A stretch of 36,585 bases of DNA. Source: a virus. Below the pieces are notes generated by a model. It was not told the DNA's origin, made no database searches, and worked only from the letters and a program-made list of their open reading frames with translations. The position numbers were made by a program, and so were the translations under genes. Below are positions 1 through 7,975 of this stretch, one piece after another. The stretch lies in the UHGV virus genome UHGV-1373817; one strand, 5' to 3'. Position 1 is the stretch's first letter; each line of letters opens with the position of its first letter.

Positions 1-124
1 GAGCAAATATGATTATCTGTCAAGGAATAGAAACGAATTATATTTTGGGGATGATTTGATAGAAGAAGAGAGGAATCTCAAGGAGGCGATGGTATGCAGA
101 GTTATAGTGAAAGAGAAACGTTAA
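1..124 (+). CDS. 3' end of an ORF entering from upstream. If the molecule is circular this is the C-terminus of the minor head/ART gene 34946..36585.
   Basis: Reading frame 2 is open from nt 2 to the TAA at 122-124. The partial codon 'ga' at 36584-36585 plus g1 continues in exactly this frame. Confidence 0.4.
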   Translation, partial: SKYDYLSRNRNELYFGDDLIEEERNLKEAMVCRVIVKEKR

Positions 125-387
125 TAAAAGAACTAAAAAAAGATTCAAGCATTAGAGTTAAAATCTCTCAAAACGATATAAACAGAATAGAAAAAAACAG
201 CCACATAGAAGAAAAAGAAAATTACTGGTTGTTAGCTGAACATTTGAAGTATTTAAGAAGAAAAATGCGAGAAACTAAAAAGGAGGAAGAAAGAAAGAAA
301 CTGGATGAACAAGTACATATAACTGAGAACTATCTTACTGAAAGCCAATTTGGAGATAGAAACGTTGGTAGATTTAACGGAATATGA
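94..387 (+). CDS. Hypothetical K/E-rich coiled-coil protein
   Basis: ATG preceded by AAGGAGG at 80-86. 97 aa, charged and low-complexity. Confidence 0.45.
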   Translation: MQSYSERETLIKELKKDSSIRVKISQNDINRIEKNSHIEEKENYWLLAEHLKYLRRKMRETKKEEERKKLDEQVHITENYLTESQFGDRNVGRFNGI

Positions 388-396
388 GGGAGTTAT

Positions 397-726
397 ATGA
401 AAAGCTTTAGTTTTACGATTGACGATAATACAGGCGCATTTTTAAACGCCTTACCTGGGGCAGTTGATGTAGCTCTGGAGATGATAGGGCTTCAAGCTGA
501 AGGATATGCAAAGATGAAATGTCCAGTAGATACAGGCAATCTTAGAAATAGTATATCTCATATGGTTGCAAATCAGGCTGCTTATATCGGAACCGATGTA
601 AACTATGCGGCTTATGTAGAAATGGGCACGTCAAAGATGCCTGCAAGACCATATATCGAACCGGCTGTTACGGAACACTCGGATGAATACAAAGATATGG
701 CAATATCTTGTTTAAAAAATGCTTAA
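397..726 (+). CDS. HK97 gp10-family phage structural protein
   Basis: Motif PVDTGNLRNSI and an overall ~110 aa profile match the HK97 gp10 family (recalled). RBS GAGGGA. Confidence 0.6.
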   Translation: MKSFSFTIDDNTGAFLNALPGAVDVALEMIGLQAEGYAKMKCPVDTGNLRNSISHMVANQAAYIGTDVNYAAYVEMGTSKMPARPYIEPAVTEHSDEYKDMAISCLKNA

Positions 727-802
727 TATTGCTTAAAACAACAACATGTGGTACATTAAATTTATAGTGTAAATTAAATAAAACAAAGGTTCATTTAGTT
801 GG

Positions 803-858
803 AGAGCCATTAGTTAGGTGCAGAAATGTCTGTATGTAATTAATGGCTCTTTTTGTTT
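803..858 (+). terminator. Intrinsic terminator with a 10-bp stem and a large loop
   Basis: AGAGCCATTA (803-812) pairs with TAATGGCTCT (841-850), followed by TTTTTGTTTT. Confidence 0.5.
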
Positions 859-913
859 TATTTAAACAACTCGATGCAAAGAACAGCATCCCAAAGAAAA
901 GGAGAAGAGCAAA

Positions 914-1537
914 ATGGCACTAAGTAGAAAATATCTGCAGGGAATGGGACTGAACGAGGAACAGATAAACGCGATCGTTGAAGCTAACGAAGAGACTATT
1001 ACAGGTCTCAAGGCTGAGATTGAGAAGTATAAGTCAGCATCAGAAGGTTCAGACAAGACTCTTGCAAAGGTCCAGAAGGAATTGGATGAGATGAAGAAAG
1101 AAGCAGAAGAAAGTGCTTCAAAAAATCCGTACAAAGTTAAATATGACGCTATCAAAGAAGAATTTGAGAACTATAAGGCAGAAGAAAAGGCAAAGGCTAC
1201 AAAGACAGCTAAGAAAGATGCTTATAGAGAGCTTCTTAAGGCTTGCGGAGTATCTGATAAGCGCCTTGAATCAATCCTTAAGGTTACTGATACCGATAGT
1301 GTTGAATTTGACGAGAATGGAAAAGTAAAAGATGCAGACAACCTCAAGAAAGCAATCAAAGAGGAATGGGCAGACTTCATTCCTACAGAGAGCACAAGAG
1401 GCACAAATGCATCAAATCCGCCATCTAATACAGGCGGCACCACAATGACAAAAGAGGCAATCCGAAAGATTGCAGACCCAGTAGCTCGTCAGAAGGCTAT
1501 GGCAGAAAATGCATCACTTTTCGGATTAGCAGAATAA
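914..1537 (+). CDS. Phage scaffolding protein
   Basis: Sits immediately upstream of the major capsid gene. Helical and charged, with a K/E-rich coiled coil. RBS AAAAGGAGAAG. Confidence 0.6.
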   Translation: MALSRKYLQGMGLNEEQINAIVEANEETITGLKAEIEKYKSASEGSDKTLAKVQKELDEMKKEAEESASKNPYKVKYDAIKEEFENYKAEEKAKATKTAKKDAYRELLKACGVSDKRLESILKVTDTDSVEFDENGKVKDADNLKKAIKEEWADFIPTESTRGTNASNPPSNTGGTTMTKEAIRKIADPVARQKAMAENASLFGLAE

Positions 1538-1553
1538 GAAAAGGAGAAAGAAC

Positions 1554-2426
1554 ATGGGCGCAGAAGCAAATGTAATTAAGAAAGCCGATATGGGCAAGGT
1601 TAGAGAGCTTGATTTTGCACAGCTCTTTGGTGAAAACATCAAAGGACTTGTAAAGATGCTTGGCGTTACAAGATTAATTCCTGTAACAGCCGGAACAGTA
1701 CTTAAGAAGCTCACAGTAACAGGTACACTTCAGACAGATTCAGTAGCAGAAGGTGATGTGATTCCACTTTCAAACTACAAAACAACTTATACACCTATTG
1801 GAGAAGCGAAGCTTGAGAAGTTCAGAAAAGGAACTACAGCAGAAGCTATCCTCCAGGGCGGATATGATCAGGCAGTAAATTCAACAAATAAGAAGATGCT
1901 TCTTGATATTCAGAAGAAGATTAGAGGCGAACTTATCGCATCTTTTACTGATGGTACAGGAACAGCTTCTGGTAACGGCTTACAGGCAGCACTTGCTGAT
2001 GCTTGGGGCAAGTTACAGGTTGCATTTGAGGATGAGACAGTACAGACAGTTTACTTTATCAATCCTCTTGATATCGCAGACTATCTTAAGACAGCTCAGG
2101 TATCACTTCAGACAGCATTCGGAATGTCTTACATTGAGAATTTCCTCGGACTTGGCACAGTGATCACATCTTCTCAGATTGAGCAGGGCACATTCTACGC
2201 AACAGCCGCACAGAATATCGTAGCTTACTATGTTAATGCAAATGAAGCTAACGGACTTGGCGAAGTATTTGAGTTCACAACAGACCCAGAGACAGGCTTC
2301 GTAGGAGTTCATGAGGTAGCTAACTACGAGAGAATGCAGTCAGAAACAATCGCTGTAGCAGGCGTAGATTTCTTCGCTGAAATGCCTGCAGGGGTAATTG
2401 TCGGTTCAATCAACTCAAATTTTTAA
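1554..2426 (+). CDS. Major capsid protein, probably HK97-fold
   Basis: 290 aa ORF after the scaffold gene. Strong RBS AAGGAGAAAG. Followed by a strong terminator at 2892. Confidence 0.8.
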   Translation: MGAEANVIKKADMGKVRELDFAQLFGENIKGLVKMLGVTRLIPVTAGTVLKKLTVTGTLQTDSVAEGDVIPLSNYKTTYTPIGEAKLEKFRKGTTAEAILQGGYDQAVNSTNKKMLLDIQKKIRGELIASFTDGTGTASGNGLQAALADAWGKLQVAFEDETVQTVYFINPLDIADYLKTAQVSLQTAFGMSYIENFLGLGTVITSSQIEQGTFYATAAQNIVAYYVNANEANGLGEVFEFTTDPETGFVGVHEVANYERMQSETIAVAGVDFFAEMPAGVIVGSINSNF

Positions 2427-2803
2427 CAGGTCTCACAGTACAGGCCGCACCTGATGAGACAGACTTCTGGGGCACTACAGCAGCCCAGATTCAGAGCGGT
2501 GTTACAGTAACAGGAAATAAGATTACAGGTACTCTTACAAGACAGACATCCGGACAGATTGTAACAGACTGGGGAGCAGGATATTTCCTCGGACTTAAGT
2601 ATACAAACATTGACGCAGATGCAACATCCGTTAAGGTTGGACTTCTTCCATCAGTATCAAGCGGACTTGTAGAGCTTGATGAGGACAAGATGAGCATCAT
2701 GAAGATTACTGATAAAGATGTTCAGAAGCTTAAGGTTGTACAGTCTAATGCAAATGGCAGAACAACTCAGCTGTTTGACTTATCTGATCTTACATTAGCT
2801 TAG
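2381..2803 (+). CDS. -1 frame Ig-like (BIG2-like) C-terminal extension of the major capsid protein, reached by programmed -1 frameshift
   Basis: The -1 frame is open from 2381 to the TAG at 2801-2803 with no start codon. It encodes TVQAAPDETDFWGTTAAQIQSGVTVTGNKITG..., an Ig-like composition. Confidence 0.6.
   Translation, partial: NACRGNCRFNQLKFLTGLTVQAAPDETDFWGTTAAQIQSGVTVTGNKITGTLTRQTSGQIVTDWGAGYFLGLKYTNIDADATSVKVGLLPSVSSGLVELDEDKMSIMKITDKDVQKLKVVQSNANGRTTQLFDLSDLTLA
2417..2460 (+). other. -1 PRF site: slippery heptamer A_AAT_TTT abutting the capsid stop codon, with a downstream interrupted hairpin
   Basis: The heptamer at 2417-2423 lies immediately 5' of the capsid TAA (2424-2426). GTCTCA (2430-2435) pairs with TGAGAC (2455-2460), enclosing an inner CAGG/CCTG pair. 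Confidence 0.5.
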
Positions 2804-2812
2804 GAGGGACAT

Positions 2813-2887
2813 ATGGTAGTTATTACACCAGCAGGCTCAACAACAAAGCCGTTAGAGAAAAAGGAAAAAAAGACTACTAAGAAATGA
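2813..2887 (+). CDS. Tiny ORF (24 aa, K-rich) with a strong SD; coding status uncertain
   Basis: TAGGAGGGAC lies 5 nt upstream of the ATG at 2813. Product MVVITPAGSTTKPLEKKEKKTTKK. Confidence 0.2.
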   Translation: MVVITPAGSTTKPLEKKEKKTTKK

Positions 2888-2891
2888 TTGA

Positions 2892-2937
2892 AAGGGTGCA
2901 GGGTGAGTTAATAGCTTGCACCTGCACCCTTTTCTTA
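2892..2937 (+). terminator. Rho-independent terminator after the capsid region
   Basis: AAGGGTGCAGG (2892-2902) pairs with CCTGCACCCTT (2921-2931), followed by TTTCTT. Confidence 0.7.
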
Positions 2938-2950
2938 TAAAGGAGACAAT

Positions 2951-3391
2951 ATGCTTACAGAAATCTGTCAATACTTAAGGAACTGGTTTAACCGTGGACA
3001 GGAGCAAATCTTCGGAGAGTTTACCATCCAAGATAACCAGTTAAATATAAGCGATATACAAACGGGACAGTATTACAGAATCGTTGGAAGTGTGTTTAAT
3101 GATGGAGTCCATAAAAAGGGCTCAGAAACACTGATAAATGAGACTTTTAATGGTTCGATATGGCTTATGGCCGTTCCGCAGGATGTTGTTGCTCTAGCTA
3201 ATGAAATAGCTGATTGGCAGAGTAAGTACGGAACTACGGAAAGCGAGAATATGAGTCCGTTCCAGAGTGAGAGCTTTGGAGGATATTCATATTCTAAATC
3301 AAGCGGAGGCCCGGCATCAGCAACATCATCTTCAGTTCCGACGTGGCAGGCAGTATACGCTGACCAGTTAAGGAGGTATAAGAAGATATGA
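2951..3391 (+). CDS. Putative head-tail connector/adaptor protein
   Basis: Position between the capsid and the head-closure gene. 146 aa. The ATGA overlap with the next gene suggests translational coupling. Confidence 0.45.
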   Translation: MLTEICQYLRNWFNRGQEQIFGEFTIQDNQLNISDIQTGQYYRIVGSVFNDGVHKKGSETLINETFNGSIWLMAVPQDVVALANEIADWQSKYGTTESENMSPFQSESFGGYSYSKSSGGPASATSSSVPTWQAVYADQLRRYKKI

Positions 3392-3744
3392 GCCTACTTG
3401 ATGAATATAGTGATGAATACACGGTGATTAATAAAGCAATGGTTGATGATGGCTATGGCGGATATACAACCTCTTGGACAGATGGGGCGAAGATAAAAGG
3501 TGCATTGGCACTTGCTTCAGAAACAGAGGTTAAAACTGCGGAAGCTAAAGGTGAGAAGGTAACACATACATTGCTTATTGATAAAAGCGTAACTCTTGAC
3601 TATCACACGGTATTAAGGCGGAGCGATGGAAAAATATTCAGAACCACTTCAAAGGGTGATGAAATGTATACGCCTAACAGCTCACGTTTGAATAAAAGAA
3701 AAATAACTTGCGAAGAGTGGGAGATTCCCGCAGGAGGTGCATGA
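3388..3744 (+). CDS. Head-tail joining / head closure protein (SPP1 gp16 or HK97 gp8-like)
   Basis: 118 aa. The DGYGG..W motif and synteny are typical of the Phage_H_T_join family (recalled). Confidence 0.55.
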   Translation: MSLLDEYSDEYTVINKAMVDDGYGGYTTSWTDGAKIKGALALASETEVKTAEAKGEKVTHTLLIDKSVTLDYHTVLRRSDGKIFRTTSKGDEMYTPNSSRLNKRKITCEEWEIPAGGA

Positions 3745-4106
3745 TGACGAAGGCACAGGCATTGCAGTACTTCTGGAATAAGTTTGGGACAGCATATGAT
3801 CAGAATACAGTTCCAGAAGATGCTAAATTCCCACGAATAACTTATGAATCAGCCACAGACAGTTTTGGACAGTCAATTCTACTTACTGCTTCAATCTGGG
3901 ATAGAAGTACATCCTGGGCGACTGTTGAAGGGCTGTCTTCTCAAATCTCAAATGAAATAGGTTGTGGAGGGACCACAATCCCATATGAGGATGGAATGCT
4001 GTGGATTAAACGCGGCACTCCATTTTCGCAAAGAATGGGAGATGAGGATGATTCTATAAGAAGAATAGTAATAAATATTGAAGCTGATTATTTATCGGTA
4101 AATTAG
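3708..4106 (+). CDS. Tail completion / tail component protein
   Basis: Synteny: it is the last small gene before the major tail protein. Ends in TAG. Confidence 0.4.
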   Translation: MRRVGDSRRRCMMTKAQALQYFWNKFGTAYDQNTVPEDAKFPRITYESATDSFGQSILLTASIWDRSTSWATVEGLSSQISNEIGCGGTTIPYEDGMLWIKRGTPFSQRMGDEDDSIRRIVINIEADYLSVN

Positions 4107-4117
4107 GAGGACAGGAA

Positions 4118-4951
4118 ATGAAATATACACAGATTCCTAGCACTGCTTTCCAGAACATTCAGATGAATGCAGGTATTCTTGTAGATAGCTTTGTTCCATC
4201 TACAGGAGTAATCGGAAATATAATCGGTGCTACTTCTGGTGGTGTCAATTTTACAGACACAGTCGAATATACAGACTTTGGAGAAGATATTGATAACTGC
4301 CCAAAGAATACAAAGGAACTTAAGAAGCTTAATTCACACGAAGTTAAAATGTCAGGAACATTCGTGACTGTGACAGCAGGTATTGCAAAGAGACTTGCCG
4401 GTGCAGCGGATGTTGACGAACTTGATGCAACACATATCGTTCCAAGAAACGACCTCGATGCATCAGATTTCGAGGACTTATGGTGGATTGGCGACTACTC
4501 AGATGAAAATACAGGAGAGAATGCAGGCTATTGCGCTATCCATATGAAGAACGCACTTTCAACAGGCGGATTCCAGATACAGTCATCTGATAAAGCAAAA
4601 GGAACATTTGCATTTGAGTTTACAGGTCACTACAGCATGAATGCGCAGGATGAAGTGCCTTATGAGATTTACATCAAGCAGGGCGGCGCAAATCCTACAC
4701 CTGTAGTTCTTCTCAATAAGCATTCAGCAACTATTGCAAAGGATGCATCAGTTACACTCACAGCATCAAAGATTCCTGCTAATGCAGTAGTAGCATGGAG
4801 CTCATCAGACAGCACAAAAGCATCTGTTTCAAGTGGTGTTGTTACAGGCGAAGCTGTAGGAAGTGCAATTATTACAGCATCTATCACAGTTGACGGGGTG
4901 GCTTACACAGATACATGCACAGTGATCGTTGAAGCCGCTGCAGAGGGCTAA
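4118..4951 (+). CDS. Major tail protein with a C-terminal Ig-like (BIG2) domain
   Basis: Position before the chaperone/TMP genes. C-terminal segment TASKIPANAVVAWSSSDSTKASVSSGVVTGEAVGSAIITASITVDG looks like a BIG2 domain. Confidence 0.7.
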   Translation: MKYTQIPSTAFQNIQMNAGILVDSFVPSTGVIGNIIGATSGGVNFTDTVEYTDFGEDIDNCPKNTKELKKLNSHEVKMSGTFVTVTAGIAKRLAGAADVDELDATHIVPRNDLDASDFEDLWWIGDYSDENTGENAGYCAIHMKNALSTGGFQIQSSDKAKGTFAFEFTGHYSMNAQDEVPYEIYIKQGGANPTPVVLLNKHSATIAKDASVTLTASKIPANAVVAWSSSDSTKASVSSGVVTGEAVGSAIITASITVDGVAYTDTCTVIVEAAAEG

Positions 4952-4968
4952 TAAGAAAGAGGTTATAA

Positions 4969-5343
4969 ATGAGAAAATTATCCGAGTACAAAGACAAAGA
5001 GGCCATCGAGTTATTAGCAAATATACTTGAGCCTACAGTAAAGATATTTGGCGATAAAGAGGTTGCAAGAGAATTAGTTGGTGGTAACAAGCTTAAGACT
5101 ATACAGCTTGCCATGAAGAAACATCCGGATGATGTGTTTGAACTTCTTGCAACCCTTGAAGGCGTTCCTGTAAATGAATATCACTGCTCAGTAGCTACAA
5201 TCCCAACGATTCTTCTCGACATTATGCATGATGAGGAATTAACCGGTTTTTTTACGGAGCAGGCTGTGACAAGTTCAGACTCTATTTCTGGACTTGTTAC
5301 GGTGAATACAGAGGAGCAGGAAAACACTTCGTCAAATATCTGA
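4969..5343 (+). CDS. Tail assembly chaperone (gpG-like)
   Basis: 124 aa acidic protein between the major tail protein and the TMP. Confidence 0.6.
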   Translation: MRKLSEYKDKEAIELLANILEPTVKIFGDKEVARELVGGNKLKTIQLAMKKHPDDVFELLATLEGVPVNEYHCSVATIPTILLDIMHDEELTGFFTEQAVTSSDSISGLVTVNTEEQENTSSNI

Positions 5344-5534
5344 TATCAAAAATGGCATTAGAAAGCAGTGAGTGGGAGTACAGATACTATGTCGCCGATT
5401 CACTGCAAGCAATGCCGCAGAATAAATATAAAGTACACAGCTTGAAAGAAATACTACATCCAAAGGAAGAAGACACAAGGAGCGGTGACGACATCGCTGA
5501 GGATGTAATGAGAAAGGCAGGTTTAACTTTTTAA
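5235..5534 (+). CDS. gpT-like -1 frame extension of the tail chaperone (GT fusion by programmed frameshift)
   Basis: The -1 frame is open from 5235. The slippery T_TTT_TTT (5247-5253) lies inside gene G. The extension ends with ATGA overlap at the TMP start. Confidence 0.55.
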   Translation, partial: GINRFFYGAGCDKFRLYFWTCYGEYRGAGKHFVKYLISKMALESSEWEYRYYVADSLQAMPQNKYKVHSLKEILHPKEEDTRSGDDIAEDVMRKAGLTF

Positions 5535-7606
5535 TGAATTTATTTGAATTATTCGCAAAATTAAGCCTTGATTCAAGTGATTACGAAAAAGGAATATCTG
5601 ACGCTGAAAAGTCAGCTAAGGAATTATCAGATAAGTGGGGCAAAGGCACTACCCAGATGAAAAGCGGTCTGAAAGATGTCGGAGTTGGTGTCGGTGTTTT
5701 AGGCGGACTTGGTGGTGCAGCATTTAAAGCCGCCGATGGAGTTGCTTCGACAGCTGATGAAATAGACAAGATGTCTCAGAAGCTTGGTTTGTCAAAGAAA
5801 GCATACCAGGAATGGGATTATGTGTTACAGATATCTGGAACCGACATAAACAGCATGGGAGTAGGTCTTAAGACTCTCACTAATAAGTTTGATGATGCAA
5901 AGAATGGCGGTCAAGGGTCAATCGAAATGTTCCAAAAACTTGGGCTTTCCATGGAAGACATCAAAGACATGTCCAGAGAGGAACTCTTTGCAACGACCAT
6001 ATCTCAATTCCAGAAGATGGAAGATTCTGCTGAACGTGCCGCACTTGCAAATGATTTATTTGGTAAAAGCGGACAGGAACTCGCTCCCTTATTTAATACC
6101 ACAAATGAAGAAACAGAAGCTTTAATACAGAAAGTCAATGATCTCGGCGGAGTAATGTCCGATGATGCAGTAAAAAGTGGAGCAGAGTTTAAGGACTCTC
6201 TTACATCTTTGAAGTCTTCGTTCCAAGGAGCTACAGCTTCACTTTTGAAAGAACTTGTTCCTGCTATCACAAAGCTCATGGATAAGATATCAAAATTCGT
6301 AGCTGATGGCGGTCTTGAAAAGATAATGAAGGTGATGAAAGAACTTGCTCCTGTAGTCGTTGCACTCGTTGGCGCATTTGCGACATTTAAAGTCATAAGC
6401 GGAGTAGCAAAGATTGTATCAGGACTCACAACAGCTTTTTCTGTATTATCCGGAACGATTCCTCTTGTTATTGGAGCCTTGGGGCCATTACTTCCTGTTA
6501 TCGCGGCAATTACCGCGGCAGTTGTAGGAGTTATCGCGGTTATAAAAAACTGGGACAAGATAGTCGAAGTGGCCAAAGGCGTTGCAGAGGAGTTTGTAAA
6601 CTTCTGGGGTGAAGCGTGGGAAGGTGCTAAACAGTTAGCTTCCGACATTTGGACAGGTATCACAGAAGGCATTTCCGAAGCTTGGAACGGCCTGCAAGAA
6701 TTTCTTGTTGGAGTCATTACAGAGTTCGTTGATTTTTGGTCTGAAGCATGGGAAGGAGCTAAACAGTTAGTTTCTGATGTATGGAACGGTATAAGCGAGT
6801 TCTTCAGTGGAATTTGGACATCCATAAGCGAAACGGCATCTACTATATGGAATGGCGTTACAGGTTTCTTTAGTGAAACGTGGTCGTCAATCAAAGAAAC
6901 AGCGACAGGAGTATGGAACGAGTTCAGTTCATGGATAGGTGAGACTTGGAATGGCATCAAAGAGAAAGCGTCTGAGACATGGACAAATATCAAGGAAGGC
7001 ATAGGCGAAAAGTGGAATTCCATTAAAGAGAATACATCAACAGCGTGGTCAAATATTAAGAGTGGCTTGTCGTCAGCTTGGAGCGGGATAACAAATGGAG
7101 TCAGGAGCTTTGGTTCGAGTTTCAAAAGCTTTTGGGGAGATATCTTGAGTGGTATCTCTGGAAAGACAAGTGAACTGATCACTTCGGCTCTCACATGGGG
7201 CAAAGACCTTATTGATAACTTCATTGGCGGTATTAAGTCAATGATGGGAAAGCTTGGAGACGCTGTTAAGGGTATCGCAAGCAAGGTTAAGAGCTTCCTT
7301 GGATTCTCAGAACCGGAAGAAGGACCTCTTTCAAATTTCCATACTTATGCACCGGATATGATAGACCTTTTCACTAAAGGCATTTACGACAACATGAGAC
7401 AGGTTGAAACAGCATCAAGTGATTTAGCTGAGGCTATAAGACCTGACTTAACAGGCGGACTTGGAACCTTGGCTGTTGGCGGAACAGTTGCTGCAGCGGG
7501 TGTCGGTGGAGATTTAATCATTCCAGTATATATAGGAGCAAATAAACTCGATGAAATATTAATCAAACAGGAACAGCTCATCAATTACAGAAGCGGAGGA
7601 AGGTAA
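5534..7606 (+). CDS. Tail tape measure protein
   Basis: 690 aa after the G/GT chaperones. Hydrophobic Gly/Ala-rich segments. A long array of ~11-aa tryptophan repeats (W..I/W..G). Confidence 0.8.
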   Translation: MNLFELFAKLSLDSSDYEKGISDAEKSAKELSDKWGKGTTQMKSGLKDVGVGVGVLGGLGGAAFKAADGVASTADEIDKMSQKLGLSKKAYQEWDYVLQISGTDINSMGVGLKTLTNKFDDAKNGGQGSIEMFQKLGLSMEDIKDMSREELFATTISQFQKMEDSAERAALANDLFGKSGQELAPLFNTTNEETEALIQKVNDLGGVMSDDAVKSGAEFKDSLTSLKSSFQGATASLLKELVPAITKLMDKISKFVADGGLEKIMKVMKELAPVVVALVGAFATFKVISGVAKIVSGLTTAFSVLSGTIPLVIGALGPLLPVIAAITAAVVGVIAVIKNWDKIVEVAKGVAEEFVNFWGEAWEGAKQLASDIWTGITEGISEAWNGLQEFLVGVITEFVDFWSEAWEGAKQLVSDVWNGISEFFSGIWTSISETASTIWNGVTGFFSETWSSIKETATGVWNEFSSWIGETWNGIKEKASETWTNIKEGIGEKWNSIKENTSTAWSNIKSGLSSAWSGITNGVRSFGSSFKSFWGDILSGISGKTSELITSALTWGKDLIDNFIGGIKSMMGKLGDAVKGIASKVKSFLGFSEPEEGPLSNFHTYAPDMIDLFTKGIYDNMRQVETASSDLAEAIRPDLTGGLGTLAVGGTVAAAGVGGDLIIPVYIGANKLDEILIKQEQLINYRSGGR
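6591..6853 (+). repeat. ~132-bp tandem duplication inside the TMP (two 44-aa units FV[ND]FW[GS]EAWEGAKQL[AV]SD[IV]W..)
   Basis: Copy 1 at ~6591-6721 and copy 2 at ~6723-6853, with about 80% nucleotide identity by eye. Confidence 0.5.
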
Positions 7607-7975
7607 ATGTTAACAAGTTATCCAATATTACTTAATAATGTGACACTTCCCTTCCCTTCTGGATGGGATGAATCATATGACGTGATTGAAACTGTAAATC
7701 AGACAGAAGCGGGTACGGACTCAATCGAAGTCCAGAGATATGACAAGCTCTCTGTCTCTGTGTCAACAACATGCTTATCTGATCTAGCTGAAACACTTGC
7801 CGGATTAAAAGATGTAGATGTAATCGTATTGAAATATTACGACTTAAAAACAAAAGCATATAAAGAAAGAAATGTCCGAATGCGCAACTTTACAGCAAAG
7901 CTGTCTAAAAGCTCGCATACACTCTCAGCAACTAACGGAGTCTGGGACATATCTTTCAAATTGGAGGAATTTTAA
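7607..7975 (+). CDS. Small distal-tail (Dit-like) protein, putative
   Basis: Immediately after the TMP. TAATG overlap with the next gene. Confidence 0.4.
   Translation: MLTSYPILLNNVTLPFPSGWDESYDVIETVNQTEAGTDSIEVQRYDKLSVSVSTTCLSDLAETLAGLKDVDVIVLKYYDLKTKAYKERNVRMRNFTAKLSKSSHTLSATNGVWDISFKLEEF

Noticed and set aside
862-2312. Several 60-100 aa ORFs on both strands inside the scaffold and capsid genes (862..1155, 1113..1328, 1222..1443, 1903..2163, 2103..2312)
   Set aside because: They are embedded in or antisense to well-supported structural genes and have no RBS. They are shadow ORFs.
4669-5114. Minus-strand ORFs 4669..4887, 4829..5020 and 4884..5114
   Set aside because: They are antisense to the major tail protein and chaperone genes with no RBS. 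They are shadow ORFs.
6004-7284. 426-aa ORF on the minus strand
   Set aside because: It lies wholly antisense to the tape measure repeat region. Low-complexity repeat DNA keeps the antisense frame open, and the ORF has no RBS. It is a shadow ORF.
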